Source: an uncultured SAR86 cluster bacterium
Lineage (GTDB): Bacteria; Pseudomonadota; Gammaproteobacteria; Magnimaribacterales; TMED112
Reading direction: 5' to 3'
Length of the DNA stretch: 64,000 bases
NCBI GenBank assembly: GCA_902526535.1
Contig: CABZLG010000003.1
Span: 18,222 to 82,221 of the forward strand
The notes below the pieces were generated by a model. The model saw nothing but the letters and a program-made list of their open reading frames with translations. It was not told the DNA's origin and did not search any database. Below are positions 1 to 8,758 of this stretch, piece by piece (within the stretch, counting starts at the first letter, position 1; each line of letters opens with the position of its first letter). The position numbers and the translations under genes were made by a program.

Positions 1-802
1 TTATTACATCGAGTGTGGGCTCTTTTAAGCCAAGCATATCAAGATATTCAAGCCTTTCTTTTCCATCGAGATCTATTAATTCTGCCTCAGCCTTTGCATA
101 CACTTTTATAAGTTCTTTATTAGTTTTTTTAGCATGCTCTTCGAGTTCAGAAATATAGAGATTTTTTTCATCATCTTCATGAAGGTTCGCAATATAAAAA
201 AAAGATTTTGATACAATGAGCTGCAAGTTTTTTAAAAAGTCCTCATCACTATTTGAGCTTAAATCAGCATTAAAACCTTTATCAGATAATTCTTTTTTAA
301 TTTTTTCTAAATACTCATATTCATCTTTGAGGACTTTATCTCCATTTCTTAATTGTTTTCCTACTTTTTCTATTCTTTTTTCAACTATTTCAAGATCACT
401 AAGAACTAACTCAGTCTCGATAGTTTCTAAATCATCAATAGGAGAAATTTTACCCTCTACATGAATAACATTGGTGTCTTCAAAACAACGTACTACATGT
501 GCAAAACATTGTGTTTCTCGAACATGAGAAAGAAATTTATTTCCAAGCCCCTCCCCAGAGTGTGCACCTTTTACGAGACCAGCTATATCCACAAATTCCA
601 TGTAAGAGGGAACAACTTTTTCAGGATTATTAATTTCTGCAAGCTTATCTAGTCTTGAGTCAGGTATATTTACCCTAGCAATATTAGGTTCAATAGTACA
701 AAAAGGAAAATTTTCTGCTTGGATTTTTTGAGATGTTAAGGCGTTGAAAAGAGTTGATTTGCCAACGTTGGGCAAACCTACAATACCACATTTAATGCTC
801 AT
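1..802 (-). CDS. ychF: Ribosome-binding ATPase YchF, N-terminal ~267 codons (gene runs off the window start)
   Basis: Absent from the ORF track because it is open to position 1. My translation of the minus strand from ATG 802..800 gives MSIKCGIVGLPNVGKSTLFNALT...NFPFCTIEPN...MEFVDIAGLVKGA...VVRCFED, which are the YchF/Obg G-motifs. The frame stays open to the window edge. pth-ychF adjacency is typical of gammaproteobacteria. Confidence 0.93.
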   Translation of the reverse strand, partial: MSIKCGIVGLPNVGKSTLFNALTSQKIQAENFPFCTIEPNIARVNIPDSRLDKLAEINNPEKVVPSYMEFVDIAGLVKGAHSGEGLGNKFLSHVRETQCFAHVVRCFEDTNVIHVEGKISPIDDLETIETELVLSDLEIVEKRIEKVGKQLRNGDKVLKDEYEYLEKIKKELSDKGFNADLSSNSDEDFLKNLQLIVSKSFFYIANLHEDDEKNLYISELEEHAKKTNKELIKVYAKAEAELIDLDGKERLEYLDMLGLKEPTLDVI

Positions 803-1367
803 TGGAGTGGAGGTCGTTCATTATTATCATCCAGTCTTTGTGCAAGATTTTGCCGATATTATTTTTAGCCTTCTCGAATGCGATAGCCATTTTTTCTTTT
901 TCTTGTGGGTTTGGTTTTTTTATCACCCAAGCATCTGTCTGCTCTTTATTGGGAGGATGTCCTATACCAAATCTTAATCTGACAAAATCGCTTCCTATTA
1001 CCTTTAAAATATCTCTTAGACCATTGTGTCCAGCATGACCTCCAGATAGCTTTAACTTCACATCACCTGGTTCAAGGTCCATATCATCATGGACTACCAA
1101 TATATCTTTAGTGTTTTTAACCTTATATTTCCTGACAAGTTGGAGTGTTTTACCGCTTCTGTTAATAAATTCTCTTGGTTTTATCAAAGCAATTTTCTGA
1201 TCTTCAAAATCAATCTCAACATAATCTGCATCAATTTTTTTTAAGTAATTAAAATCTGTATTGAACTCTTTGGCAATTAAGTCAAGGAAGTCATAACCTG
1301 CATTATGTCTTGTTTTTGAGTATTTATCGCCTGGGTTGCCTAAACCGACGATACAAAGATGAAGCAA
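792..1367 (-). CDS. pth: Peptidyl-tRNA hydrolase
   Basis: ORF track 792..1430 contains CIVGLGNPGDKY..TRHNAGY..GHNGLRD (Pth family). I place the start at TTG 1367..1365 (MLHLCIVGLGNPG), just after the rplY stop. The longer ORF would overlap rplY by about 60 nt. The start is uncertain and the 3' end is firm. Confidence 0.9.
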   Translation of the reverse strand: MLHLCIVGLGNPGDKYSKTRHNAGYDFLDLIAKEFNTDFNYLKKIDADYVEIDFEDQKIALIKPREFINRSGKTLQLVRKYKVKNTKDILVVHDDMDLEPGDVKLKLSGGHAGHNGLRDILKVIGSDFVRLRFGIGHPPNKEQTDAWVIKKPNPQEKEKMAIAFEKAKNNIGKILHKDWMIIMNDLHSNEH

Positions 1368-1368
1368 T

Positions 1369-2079
1369 TTATTCTGTTTTCTCCTCAGAATTATCTGACT
1401 TATTTTCTTCAGGAGCTTTTTCATTATCACCTTCCTGTGTTGTTAATTCTTCCCCTTCAACAGCACCCTCCTCAATTTCATCTTCAAGAAGCATTGCACC
1501 ACCTCTTGCAGTTAATACTGAAACAATTACAGGATCTTGATTCTTTAAAGTTTTTGGAAAGCTGTAAGAAGAATTCTTATCGAGTGCACTAAGCCTTACC
1601 TTTTCTTTAGATTTAATTTCTTCCATATCTAATTCTATAAATTCTGGAATATTATCTGGATCAACTATTACAGAAAGTTCTTTTAAAACATGGTTTATTA
1701 CTCCACCCTCAATTTTTACACCAAAGCATTTTTCTTGATTTGTCAAAACAATCGGAACAGTAACATTAATTTTTGTTCCTTTTGAGACTTTTTGTAAATC
1801 GAAATGGATAAAAATATTCTTTGATGGATGTTTTTGCACATCTTTAAAAACAACATTATGTTTTTTATCAGCCAACTCTAATTCAACTAAAGAATTAAAA
1901 ACTGATTCATTATTTATTATTTTAAGAAGTTCATTATTTTTTACTTGTATTGCAACTGGAGCATCTTTCCCCCCATAAACAACTCCTGGCACTAATTTAT
2001 TTTCATAAATAGCCTTTTTTGATGAGAGCCCCCCTGTTTTTTCTCTTATTTCAGCTTTTAATTTTAAAATTTCCATCAT
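1369..2079 (-). CDS. rplY: 50S ribosomal protein L25, long Ctc form
   Basis: 236 aa. It has the N-terminal L25 fold motif (KLVPGVVYGG) and an acidic C-terminal tail. Position between prs and pth is conserved. Confidence 0.9.
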   Translation of the reverse strand: MMEILKLKAEIREKTGGLSSKKAIYENKLVPGVVYGGKDAPVAIQVKNNELLKIINNESVFNSLVELELADKKHNVVFKDVQKHPSKNIFIHFDLQKVSKGTKINVTVPIVLTNQEKCFGVKIEGGVINHVLKELSVIVDPDNIPEFIELDMEEIKSKEKVRLSALDKNSSYSFPKTLKNQDPVIVSVLTARGGAMLLEDEIEEGAVEGEELTTQEGDNEKAPEENKSDNSEEKTE

Positions 2080-3026
2080 TTAAAAAGTTCGCTTATTGAA
2101 TCGCCTGTTGTAATCCTTTTAATTGATTCAGCTATTATTGGCGATATATCAAAGACGTTTATTTTAGGACATTTTTTTGATTTGTCACCAATATCAATAG
2201 AGTTTGATACTACAAGTCTATCTATGGCTGATTTATTTAAATTTTCAATTGCATTACCTGAAAGTACAGGATGAGTTATATATGCTATAACTTCTCTTGC
2301 ACCCTTAGCCTTCAAAGCATGGCTTGCATTACTTAGAGTGCCTGCTGTATCAATTAAATCATCTGGAACTATACAAACTTTATCTTTTACGTCACCAATT
2401 AGATTAATCACTGCTGACTCATTAGCTTTTTCTCTTCTCTTGTCTATTATTGCTAAATCTTTTACACCAAGAGTTTTTGCCACTGATCTTGCCCTTATAA
2501 CACCACCAGTGTCAGGTGAAACTACCTGCAGATCATCAGCTTTATATTTCCCAATTATTTCCTTACACATAATATTTGATGTATAAATGTTATCCACTGG
2601 GAAAGAGAAGAAACCTTGAATTTGCTCAGAATGTATATCAAGAGTAATAACTCTAGAAATACCAACATTTGTTAAAACTTCAGCAATTACACGAGCACTT
2701 ATCGGAACTCTCGCTGATCTTACTCGTCTATCTTGTCTGGCGTAGCCGAAATAAGGAATTACGGCAGTAATTGAGTTTGCTGATGCTCTTTTTAAAGCAT
2801 CTGCAATCAAAACTAACTCCATTAAATTTTTTTCAGCTGGTGAGTCCGTAGATTGAATTATAAATGTATCAGAGCCTCTAACATTGATGTCAATTTCAAC
2901 ATTTACTTCTCCATCACTAAAAGTGCTTACTTTGATTGGAGCAAGTTTTTTATCAAGATTTCTTGCAACTGACTGTGCTAGTTGTTTATTTGAGTTTCCA
3001 CTAAAAAGTAATTGCTTTTCCATCAT
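2076..3026 (-). CDS. prs: Ribose-phosphate pyrophosphokinase (PRPP synthetase)
   Basis: 316 aa with GYARQDRR, DIHSEQIQGFF and the PRPP loop PDDLIDTAGTL. Confidence 0.96.
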   Translation of the reverse strand: MMEKQLLFSGNSNKQLAQSVARNLDKKLAPIKVSTFSDGEVNVEIDINVRGSDTFIIQSTDSPAEKNLMELVLIADALKRASANSITAVIPYFGYARQDRRVRSARVPISARVIAEVLTNVGISRVITLDIHSEQIQGFFSFPVDNIYTSNIMCKEIIGKYKADDLQVVSPDTGGVIRARSVAKTLGVKDLAIIDKRREKANESAVINLIGDVKDKVCIVPDDLIDTAGTLSNASHALKAKGAREVIAYITHPVLSGNAIENLNKSAIDRLVVSNSIDIGDKSKKCPKINVFDISPIIAESIKRITTGDSISELFK

Positions 3027-3030
3027 TCAC

Positions 3031-3105
3031 TGGCTGGGGTGGTAGGATTCGAACCTACGAATGGCGCCACCAAAAGGCGCTGCCTTACCACTTGGCCACA
3101 CCCCA
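3031..3105 (-). tRNA. tRNA-Gln (anticodon UUG), CCA encoded
   Basis: The reverse complement reads TGGGGTGTGGCCAAGTGGTAAGGCAGCGCCTTTTGGTGGCGCCATTCGTAGGTTCGAATCCTACCACCCCAGCCA. It has a 7-bp acceptor stem, an anticodon stem GCGCC/GGCGC with loop UUUUGGU (anticodon UUG), and a T-arm GTAGG-TTCGAAT-CCTAC. It closely resembles E. coli tRNA-Gln as I recall it. Confidence 0.93.
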
Positions 3106-3117
3106 TTGTTATTAAAA

Positions 3118-3918
3118 TCAATTGTATTCTAAACTTTTAGCAACAAAAATTCTAAACTTCTTTTTAGTATTTCTTTTAAATAACTCAATATCACTTCTCA
3201 ACGGATTTTCTAAAAAAACACTTGAGCCAGTGCCGGTAAGTTTTAATTTATATTTAAATCTTTCGCCACCTATATCAATTAAATAATCATAAAAAGCTTT
3301 AAATTCGTGTGATTCTTGCTTCAAAGGCTCAAAAAACGAATTAGTTTTTTTATCGGGTTGATAATTTGTTTGAAGAAATTTTGAATTATAAAGATCTTTA
3401 GTTGAAATATTGAAATTTGGAGAAATTATTAAATATTCACTTTTAAAAGAGTATTCTTTTTCAAATACCTCACCAACCCCACTAGCAAAACCACTTTTTT
3501 GCTCTAAAAAAATAGGAACATCAGCACCAAGTTTTTTTGAAATTTCAGTTTTATCTAAATTCTGAATTTTTTCCCCATGATACATGCAAAGAAATCTTAG
3601 CGTTGAAGCTGAATTTGAGCTTGCAGAACCAAGTCCAGAGCCATAGGGAATATTTTTTTTAAGGTTTATATTGAAAATTTGTTTTTTATTATAAACTTCA
3701 TTAAACCAATTACAGGTTTTCTGAATAATATTACCCTTAATCAGACAAGGATCGTTACAAAAAAATGAGTTTTTGGTGGATGGAACAAAATTTATCTCAT
3801 CAAAATAATTTATTAACTCGAAATGTGTATAAATATCGTGATAGCCGTCATCTCTCTTAGACAATACATTTAAAAAAGTATTGATTTTTGCAGGTGATTT
3901 ATATTTAAATGAGTCCAT
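3118..3918 (-). CDS. ispE: 4-diphosphocytidyl-2-C-methyl-D-erythritol kinase
   Basis: 266 aa with the GHMP kinase motifs SPAKINTFLNV and PYGSGLGSASSNSAS. Position next to prs is conserved. Confidence 0.9.
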   Translation of the reverse strand: MDSFKYKSPAKINTFLNVLSKRDDGYHDIYTHFELINYFDEINFVPSTKNSFFCNDPCLIKGNIIQKTCNWFNEVYNKKQIFNINLKKNIPYGSGLGSASSNSASTLRFLCMYHGEKIQNLDKTEISKKLGADVPIFLEQKSGFASGVGEVFEKEYSFKSEYLIISPNFNISTKDLYNSKFLQTNYQPDKKTNSFFEPLKQESHEFKAFYDYLIDIGGERFKYKLKLTGTGSSVFLENPLRSDIELFKRNTKKKFRIFVAKSLEYN

Positions 3919-4036
3919 ACATTGCTAATTTTATTATTTTTAGAGTGAGAATTCAGTTGCTGCATTGAACAACTCAATTCAAACAGATAAACTTGCACAT
4001 CCGTTTATAATTTATATATAAAATAAGGTCAAAAAG

Positions 4037-5218
4037 ATGGAATTACATTGTTGGGGCATAAGTCACAAATCTACTTCATTAGAAGTAAGGGAAAAGTTCG
4101 CTTTTAATAAAAGGGAAATAGATGAAGTTCTCACAAACCTTAAGATGACCAATACATTTGATAATGGGATCTTGCTGTCAACATGTAACAGAACAGAATT
4201 TTACTCAGTCTGCTCAAGGTCTGAAATAAAGAATTTTGAAAAGGTTGTTTCTAAGATTTTAAATAAATTTGAAAATCTCAGAAAAAATGACCAATATCTC
4301 TATGCAGGCAATGATGCATTTAAACATTCATTAAAAGTAATGACAGGCATAGATTCAATGATAATTGGTGAGCCAGATATATTCGGTCAAGTAAAGAAAT
4401 CACTAAATAATTCACGTTCAATGGGTTTTTTAAATACTGAGTTGGAAAATACTTTTAATAATGCAATAAGATTTTCAAAACTCATAAGAACTGAAACTGA
4501 TTTATCAAAAAATCCACTTTCTATTTCAACAATAGTCGAAGGATTTATTTCAAATAAGGATGAAGTTAACTCCGTCCTTGTTATTGGTGGTGGTGATATT
4601 GCTAGAAAGTTAGTACCAAAACTTATAAAAAAAGGAAAAGAAGTCTTTTTAGTCAATAGATCTAATGTAGAAATAAGTGGGATAAAAAGCGATTCACTCT
4701 CGAAAATTAAGACTTATTTAAAAAAATCTGATGTAGTTGTTGTAGTTGCATCATCTGAAAAAAGTTTTATTGAAGAAGATTTTCTAATAAAAATTCAAAA
4801 AAATATTTTAATTTTTGATTTAGCAATTCCCAGAAACATATCTTTTAAAATTCCAAAAAATAAAAATGTGAATCTTATCACTCTAGATGAATTAGGAGAG
4901 ATGTTAAAGAAAAATGAGGACAATAGAAAAGAGGAAGTAAATGCTGCTAAAGAAATTATTAAGTTAAATGCTGATAACGAATTTAGAAAACTCAAAAATA
5001 AACAAATGATGGGTAAAAACCAAAAGGAAGCTAGAGAGAAAATTTTCAATGCAAAAAAAGAAGCGCTTAAAAAAGCTAAAAGTAGTTTAAAAAAGGGTAT
5101 TGATGTAGAAAAAGTTTTAGAAGAGCTTGCTAATGAAATTGCATCAAAGAATGCTCATGAATTATCAAAAATTATCGATGATCCATCAATTATAAGCTTT
5201 ATTAAAAAGGCCAAATGA
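4037..5218 (+). CDS. hemA: Glutamyl-tRNA reductase
   Basis: 393 aa with the active-site motif LSTCNRTEFY and an NAD-binding VIGGGDIA. The hemA-prfA-prmC order is conserved. Confidence 0.92.
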   Translation: MELHCWGISHKSTSLEVREKFAFNKREIDEVLTNLKMTNTFDNGILLSTCNRTEFYSVCSRSEIKNFEKVVSKILNKFENLRKNDQYLYAGNDAFKHSLKVMTGIDSMIIGEPDIFGQVKKSLNNSRSMGFLNTELENTFNNAIRFSKLIRTETDLSKNPLSISTIVEGFISNKDEVNSVLVIGGGDIARKLVPKLIKKGKEVFLVNRSNVEISGIKSDSLSKIKTYLKKSDVVVVVASSEKSFIEEDFLIKIQKNILIFDLAIPRNISFKIPKNKNVNLITLDELGEMLKKNEDNRKEEVNAAKEIIKLNADNEFRKLKNKQMMGKNQKEAREKIFNAKKEALKKAKSSLKKGIDVEKVLEELANEIASKNAHELSKIIDDPSIISFIKKAK

Positions 5219-6300
5219 GAGATTCAATAAGAGTTACTTTAGAAAACTTAAAGAAAAAAGAAAAAGAGCTAAATACATCTCTTTCAACCCCAGAAATTAC
5301 AAGCAACATACAAAAACTTACTTCACTTAATAAAGAATTATCTGAAATTTCAAACATCGTCGAGGATTATGAAAAGTATTTGATGCTTGAGAAAAACTTA
5401 AAAGAAATAAATGAATTGCTTTTTGATAAAGATATGAAAGATCTCGCTCAAGAGGAGAAATCATCAACAGAAAACCAGCTTACTGAACTAGAGGCAGACA
5501 TAATGTTTAAAATGTTGCCAAAAGACGAAGACGATGCAAAAGATATTTATCTTGAAATAAGAGCTGGTGCTGGAGGTGATGAAGCAGCAATTTTTGTAGG
5601 CGATCTTTATCGAATGTATTCGAGATTTTCAGAAAGGAATAACTGGAAAGTTGAAAAAGTTAAAGAGGTTATATCTGGTCCTGGAGGTTTTAAAGAAATT
5701 ATTGCGATGATTTCTGGAGAGAAAGTTTATGAGAGAATGAAATTTGAATCAGGCGTTCATAGAGTGCAACGAGTTCCTGAAACAGAATCACAAGGTAGAA
5801 TCCATACTTCAACCTCTACGGTTGCAATTTTGCCGAAAGTTGACGACATAAAAGAAAGTGAAATTAATCAAAGCGAAATTAGGATTGACACTTTCAGAGC
5901 ATCTGGTCCTGGAGGTCAATCAGTAAACACTACAGATAGTGCAGTAAGAATTACGCATATCCCTACTGGAATAGTTGTTTCTCAACAGGATGAAAAATCA
6001 CAACACAAAAATAAAGCAAAAGCCCTTAGTATCCTTTCCTCAAAAATCCATGACTTTGAGAAACAAAAATTAGAAAGTGAAAGAGCCTCCAAAAGGAAAA
6101 ATATGGTGGGAACTGGAGATAGAAGTGAAAAAATTCGGACCTATAACTACCCTCAAGGAAGGGTAACTGAACACAGAATTAAATTGACAGTACACAACTT
6201 AGAATCAGTGATTGATGGAGAATTGAATGAAATAGTTGATTCACTGATAACTCAAAGTAATGCTGAAAAACTTTTAGAAATTGAAGAACAGTCACAATAA
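5215..6300 (+). CDS. prfA: Peptide chain release factor 1
   Basis: 361 aa with the GGQ motif (SGPGGQSVNTT) and the RF1-type tripeptide region RVQRVPETESQGRIHTS. Confidence 0.97.
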   Translation: MRDSIRVTLENLKKKEKELNTSLSTPEITSNIQKLTSLNKELSEISNIVEDYEKYLMLEKNLKEINELLFDKDMKDLAQEEKSSTENQLTELEADIMFKMLPKDEDDAKDIYLEIRAGAGGDEAAIFVGDLYRMYSRFSERNNWKVEKVKEVISGPGGFKEIIAMISGEKVYERMKFESGVHRVQRVPETESQGRIHTSTSTVAILPKVDDIKESEINQSEIRIDTFRASGPGGQSVNTTDSAVRITHIPTGIVVSQQDEKSQHKNKAKALSILSSKIHDFEKQKLESERASKRKNMVGTGDRSEKIRTYNYPQGRVTEHRIKLTVHNLESVIDGELNEIVDSLITQSNAEKLLEIEEQSQ

Positions 6301-7051
6301 ATTTACAACTATTACAGATGCTTGGCGTAATGCTTATGGTAAGGACTATGAAGAGGGTCTTCATTTTTTATTAAATACAAGTGATCTTTTAGAAAGAGAT
6401 ATAGAAAGAATATGCTTAGAGATTTCTGAAAAAAGACCTATTCAATACATCATTGGAAATTGGGATTTTTACAATGGGAATTATGAAGTCAATTCGGATA
6501 TCTTAATTCCAAGACCTGAAACAGAGACTTTAATTGAGCATATAGAAAATTCTGAATTACAGCCAAAAAGCATTCTTGATTTAGGCACTGGATCAGGATG
6601 TATTGCAATTGAACTCTCTAAAATATTTCCAAAAGCAACCGTCGATGCAGTTGATCTAAGCATAAGGGCAATATCTATTGCAAAGAAAAATGCTAAAAAT
6701 AATAATGCAAGAGTCAGATTTTTAATTTCAAACTGGTATCAGAAAGTATCGTTGAAGTATGACTTGATCGTCAGTAATCCACCGTATTTAGATAAAAGTG
6801 TCAACTTTAATGACAGTTTAAAATTTGAACCAGAAGAGGCTATTTTTTCAGGTGAAAATGGTTTAAAGGATCTAAGAATAATAATTTCTCATTCAAAAAA
6901 TTATTTAAATTATGGAGGAATTATTTTCTTGGAGCATTCTCCTGAACAAAATAAGATAATAAGAAATCTATTTAATAAAAGTGGCTTTAGAGATGTCACT
7001 TCGATTAAAGACCTTAAAAGGAGAGAGAGGTTTACTTTTGGCAAACTTTAA
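6281..7051 (+). CDS. prmC: Release-factor glutamine N5-methyltransferase
   Basis: 256 aa with the SAM motif DLGTGSGCIA and the catalytic NPPY (VSNPPYL). It follows prfA. The TTG start is uncertain. Confidence 0.9.
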   Translation: MKNSHNKFTTITDAWRNAYGKDYEEGLHFLLNTSDLLERDIERICLEISEKRPIQYIIGNWDFYNGNYEVNSDILIPRPETETLIEHIENSELQPKSILDLGTGSGCIAIELSKIFPKATVDAVDLSIRAISIAKKNAKNNNARVRFLISNWYQKVSLKYDLIVSNPPYLDKSVNFNDSLKFEPEEAIFSGENGLKDLRIIISHSKNYLNYGGIIFLEHSPEQNKIIRNLFNKSGFRDVTSIKDLKRRERFTFGKL

Positions 7052-7781
7052 TAGAATTCCACAAAGGTATTACTCACAACTAGTCTTAGATGATTTTTCT
7101 TATGAGGATCAAAAGAAACTTTGTGAAAGTGATGTCACAATTATTGGTTGTGGCGGTCTAGGTTCACCATTAGCAGTCTATCTTGCAGCTGCAGGGGTTG
7201 GAAAGATTAATCTTATTGATTTTGATGTGGTCGAAGAGAGAAATCTTCACCGTCAGGTTTTCTATGTAGAATCAGATATTGGTAGAAAAAAAGTTGAAGC
7301 CCTTAAAGATTATTTAATTAATTTAGATAGAGAGGTTGAAGTCAACATCTATCCTGCAAAGTCATCAGAAATAGACTTAAAAAAAATTAATTCTAATTTA
7401 TTCTTTGATTGCACAGACAATTTAAAAACCTCATTTGAACTGAATGAAGAAATGGTGAATTTAAATAAACCAATCTGCTTTGCCTCAGCCTCTGAGTTCA
7501 AAGGTCAAATCATAGTTTTTAAAAATTCAAAAAAAGAACATTGTTGCTACTCTTGTTTATTCAAAGAATCGGGTGATTTAGAGACTAACCATTGTGTAAA
7601 TCTAGGTGTTTTAGGCCCTGCTGTAGCAGTAATAGCCTCCATGCAGTCGCTTATTGGAATGAGGTTTATTTGTGGAAAATTTGAAGAAACTGAAACTCTG
7701 ATTAGAATTGATAATTCAAAATTTGAAATCAAGAAAAACAAAGTTTTTCCTGACAAATTTTGTAGACTTAACCGGCTATGA
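7038..7781 (+). CDS. ThiF/MoeB-family adenylyltransferase (E1-like)
   Basis: ORF track 6981..7781. It has the Rossmann motif IIGCGGLGSPLAVYLAAAGVG, NLHRQ and CYSC. It occupies the slot after prmC that a moeB paralogue holds in Pseudomonas, as I recall. I favour TTG 7038 as the start (MANFNRIPQRYYSQL, compare E. coli MoeB ..MLRYNRQIIL). The start is uncertain. Confidence 0.85.
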   Translation: MANFNRIPQRYYSQLVLDDFSYEDQKKLCESDVTIIGCGGLGSPLAVYLAAAGVGKINLIDFDVVEERNLHRQVFYVESDIGRKKVEALKDYLINLDREVEVNIYPAKSSEIDLKKINSNLFFDCTDNLKTSFELNEEMVNLNKPICFASASEFKGQIIVFKNSKKEHCCYSCLFKESGDLETNHCVNLGVLGPAVAVIASMQSLIGMRFICGKFEETETLIRIDNSKFEIKKNKVFPDKFCRLNRL

Positions 7782-8758
7782 AAAAATTAGGTATTGTTGA
7801 GGGTTTTTATGGAAGCTTAATGAGCTTTTCACAGAGGAATGCTATTGTTGAGTCATTGAGCAATAATAATCTTAACTTTTATTTGTACGCTCCCAAAGAG
7901 GATCCCTTTATTAGAAAGTATATTGATTTAGACCATTCAAAAGAGTGGCAGGAGCAATTTCAAAATTTTTGTCACAACGCACATGAAAAAAATATTCAAA
8001 TCAGTGTTGGCTTATGTCCAAAAACTTATGATTATGATTCACTTGCTAATAAGATAAATAAATTGAAATCTCTTGGCTGCAATCATTTCGCAATACTTTT
8101 TGATGATACTGAAGATTATGATTTAAAAAGCCAACTTGAAATTTTTAATAAAGCAGAAAATGAATTTAAGGATAGCGAAATTATTTTTTGTCCAAGTATA
8201 TATACTTCTGAACTTATAGATCAAAACCAAGATACTAAAGGATATTTTGCTAGTTTTAAGAATAATTTTCCTCAAGATAAAACATTTATCTGGACTGGTC
8301 CTAAGGTTATTTCTGAAGAGTTAAATGATGAAGTAGATACCGATCTTGAGGATATGAAGAATATTAACATTGCAGTTTGGGACAACTATTTCACAGTTGA
8401 CTCATGTCCAGAAGTATTGAATTACAGTTATTTTGATCATTTAGATATTCAATATCTTAAGAAAAAAGAAATGTATTTTATTAACTTAACGGGAATGCAG
8501 TATACAGATAGTTTAATAATTAATACTTTTGGACATTTCATAAACGGCAAAACAATTTCTTTTGAAGAATTGCTTAAAGAAAACAGGCTTGATAAAAATC
8601 TCATTGAACTTATCCATCTATTTAATCCTAAAAATAAATTAAAAATCACTGATTCAGAAAACATGAAAATCAAAAAAATTCTTCAAGAATGGTTTTCTCC
8701 TCTGAAAAATGAATGGTATCCTTATCTACACTACTTAAAAAAAAGGGGCGAAAAATGA
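7778..8758 (+). CDS. GH84-family beta-N-acetylglucosaminidase (O-GlcNAcase-like), no signal peptide
   Basis: 326 aa. GIVEGFYG..NFYLYAPKEDP..HFAILFDDT..IFCPSIY..IWTGPKVIS..VWDNY aligns by eye with human OGA and bacterial GH84 (VVEGFYG, NTYLYAPKDD, ALLFDDI, LFCPTEY, LWTGPKVVS, VIWDN). The catalytic DD pair is retained. Confidence 0.8.
   Translation: MKKLGIVEGFYGSLMSFSQRNAIVESLSNNNLNFYLYAPKEDPFIRKYIDLDHSKEWQEQFQNFCHNAHEKNIQISVGLCPKTYDYDSLANKINKLKSLGCNHFAILFDDTEDYDLKSQLEIFNKAENEFKDSEIIFCPSIYTSELIDQNQDTKGYFASFKNNFPQDKTFIWTGPKVISEELNDEVDTDLEDMKNINIAVWDNYFTVDSCPEVLNYSYFDHLDIQYLKKKEMYFINLTGMQYTDSLIINTFGHFINGKTISFEELLKENRLDKNLIELIHLFNPKNKLKITDSENMKIKKILQEWFSPLKNEWYPYLHYLKKRGEK

Noticed and set aside
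216-652. Plus-strand ORFs of 82 and 63 aa (216..464, 461..652)
   Set aside because: They lie antisense to a clearly conserved ychF reading frame. Their products are low-complexity S/L/F-rich with no family resemblance. They are typical shadow ORFs.
2590-2598. DnaA-box-like 9-mer TTATCCACT
   Set aside because: It is a single near-consensus copy inside the prs coding sequence with no cluster and no AT-rich unwinding element context. This is expected by chance.
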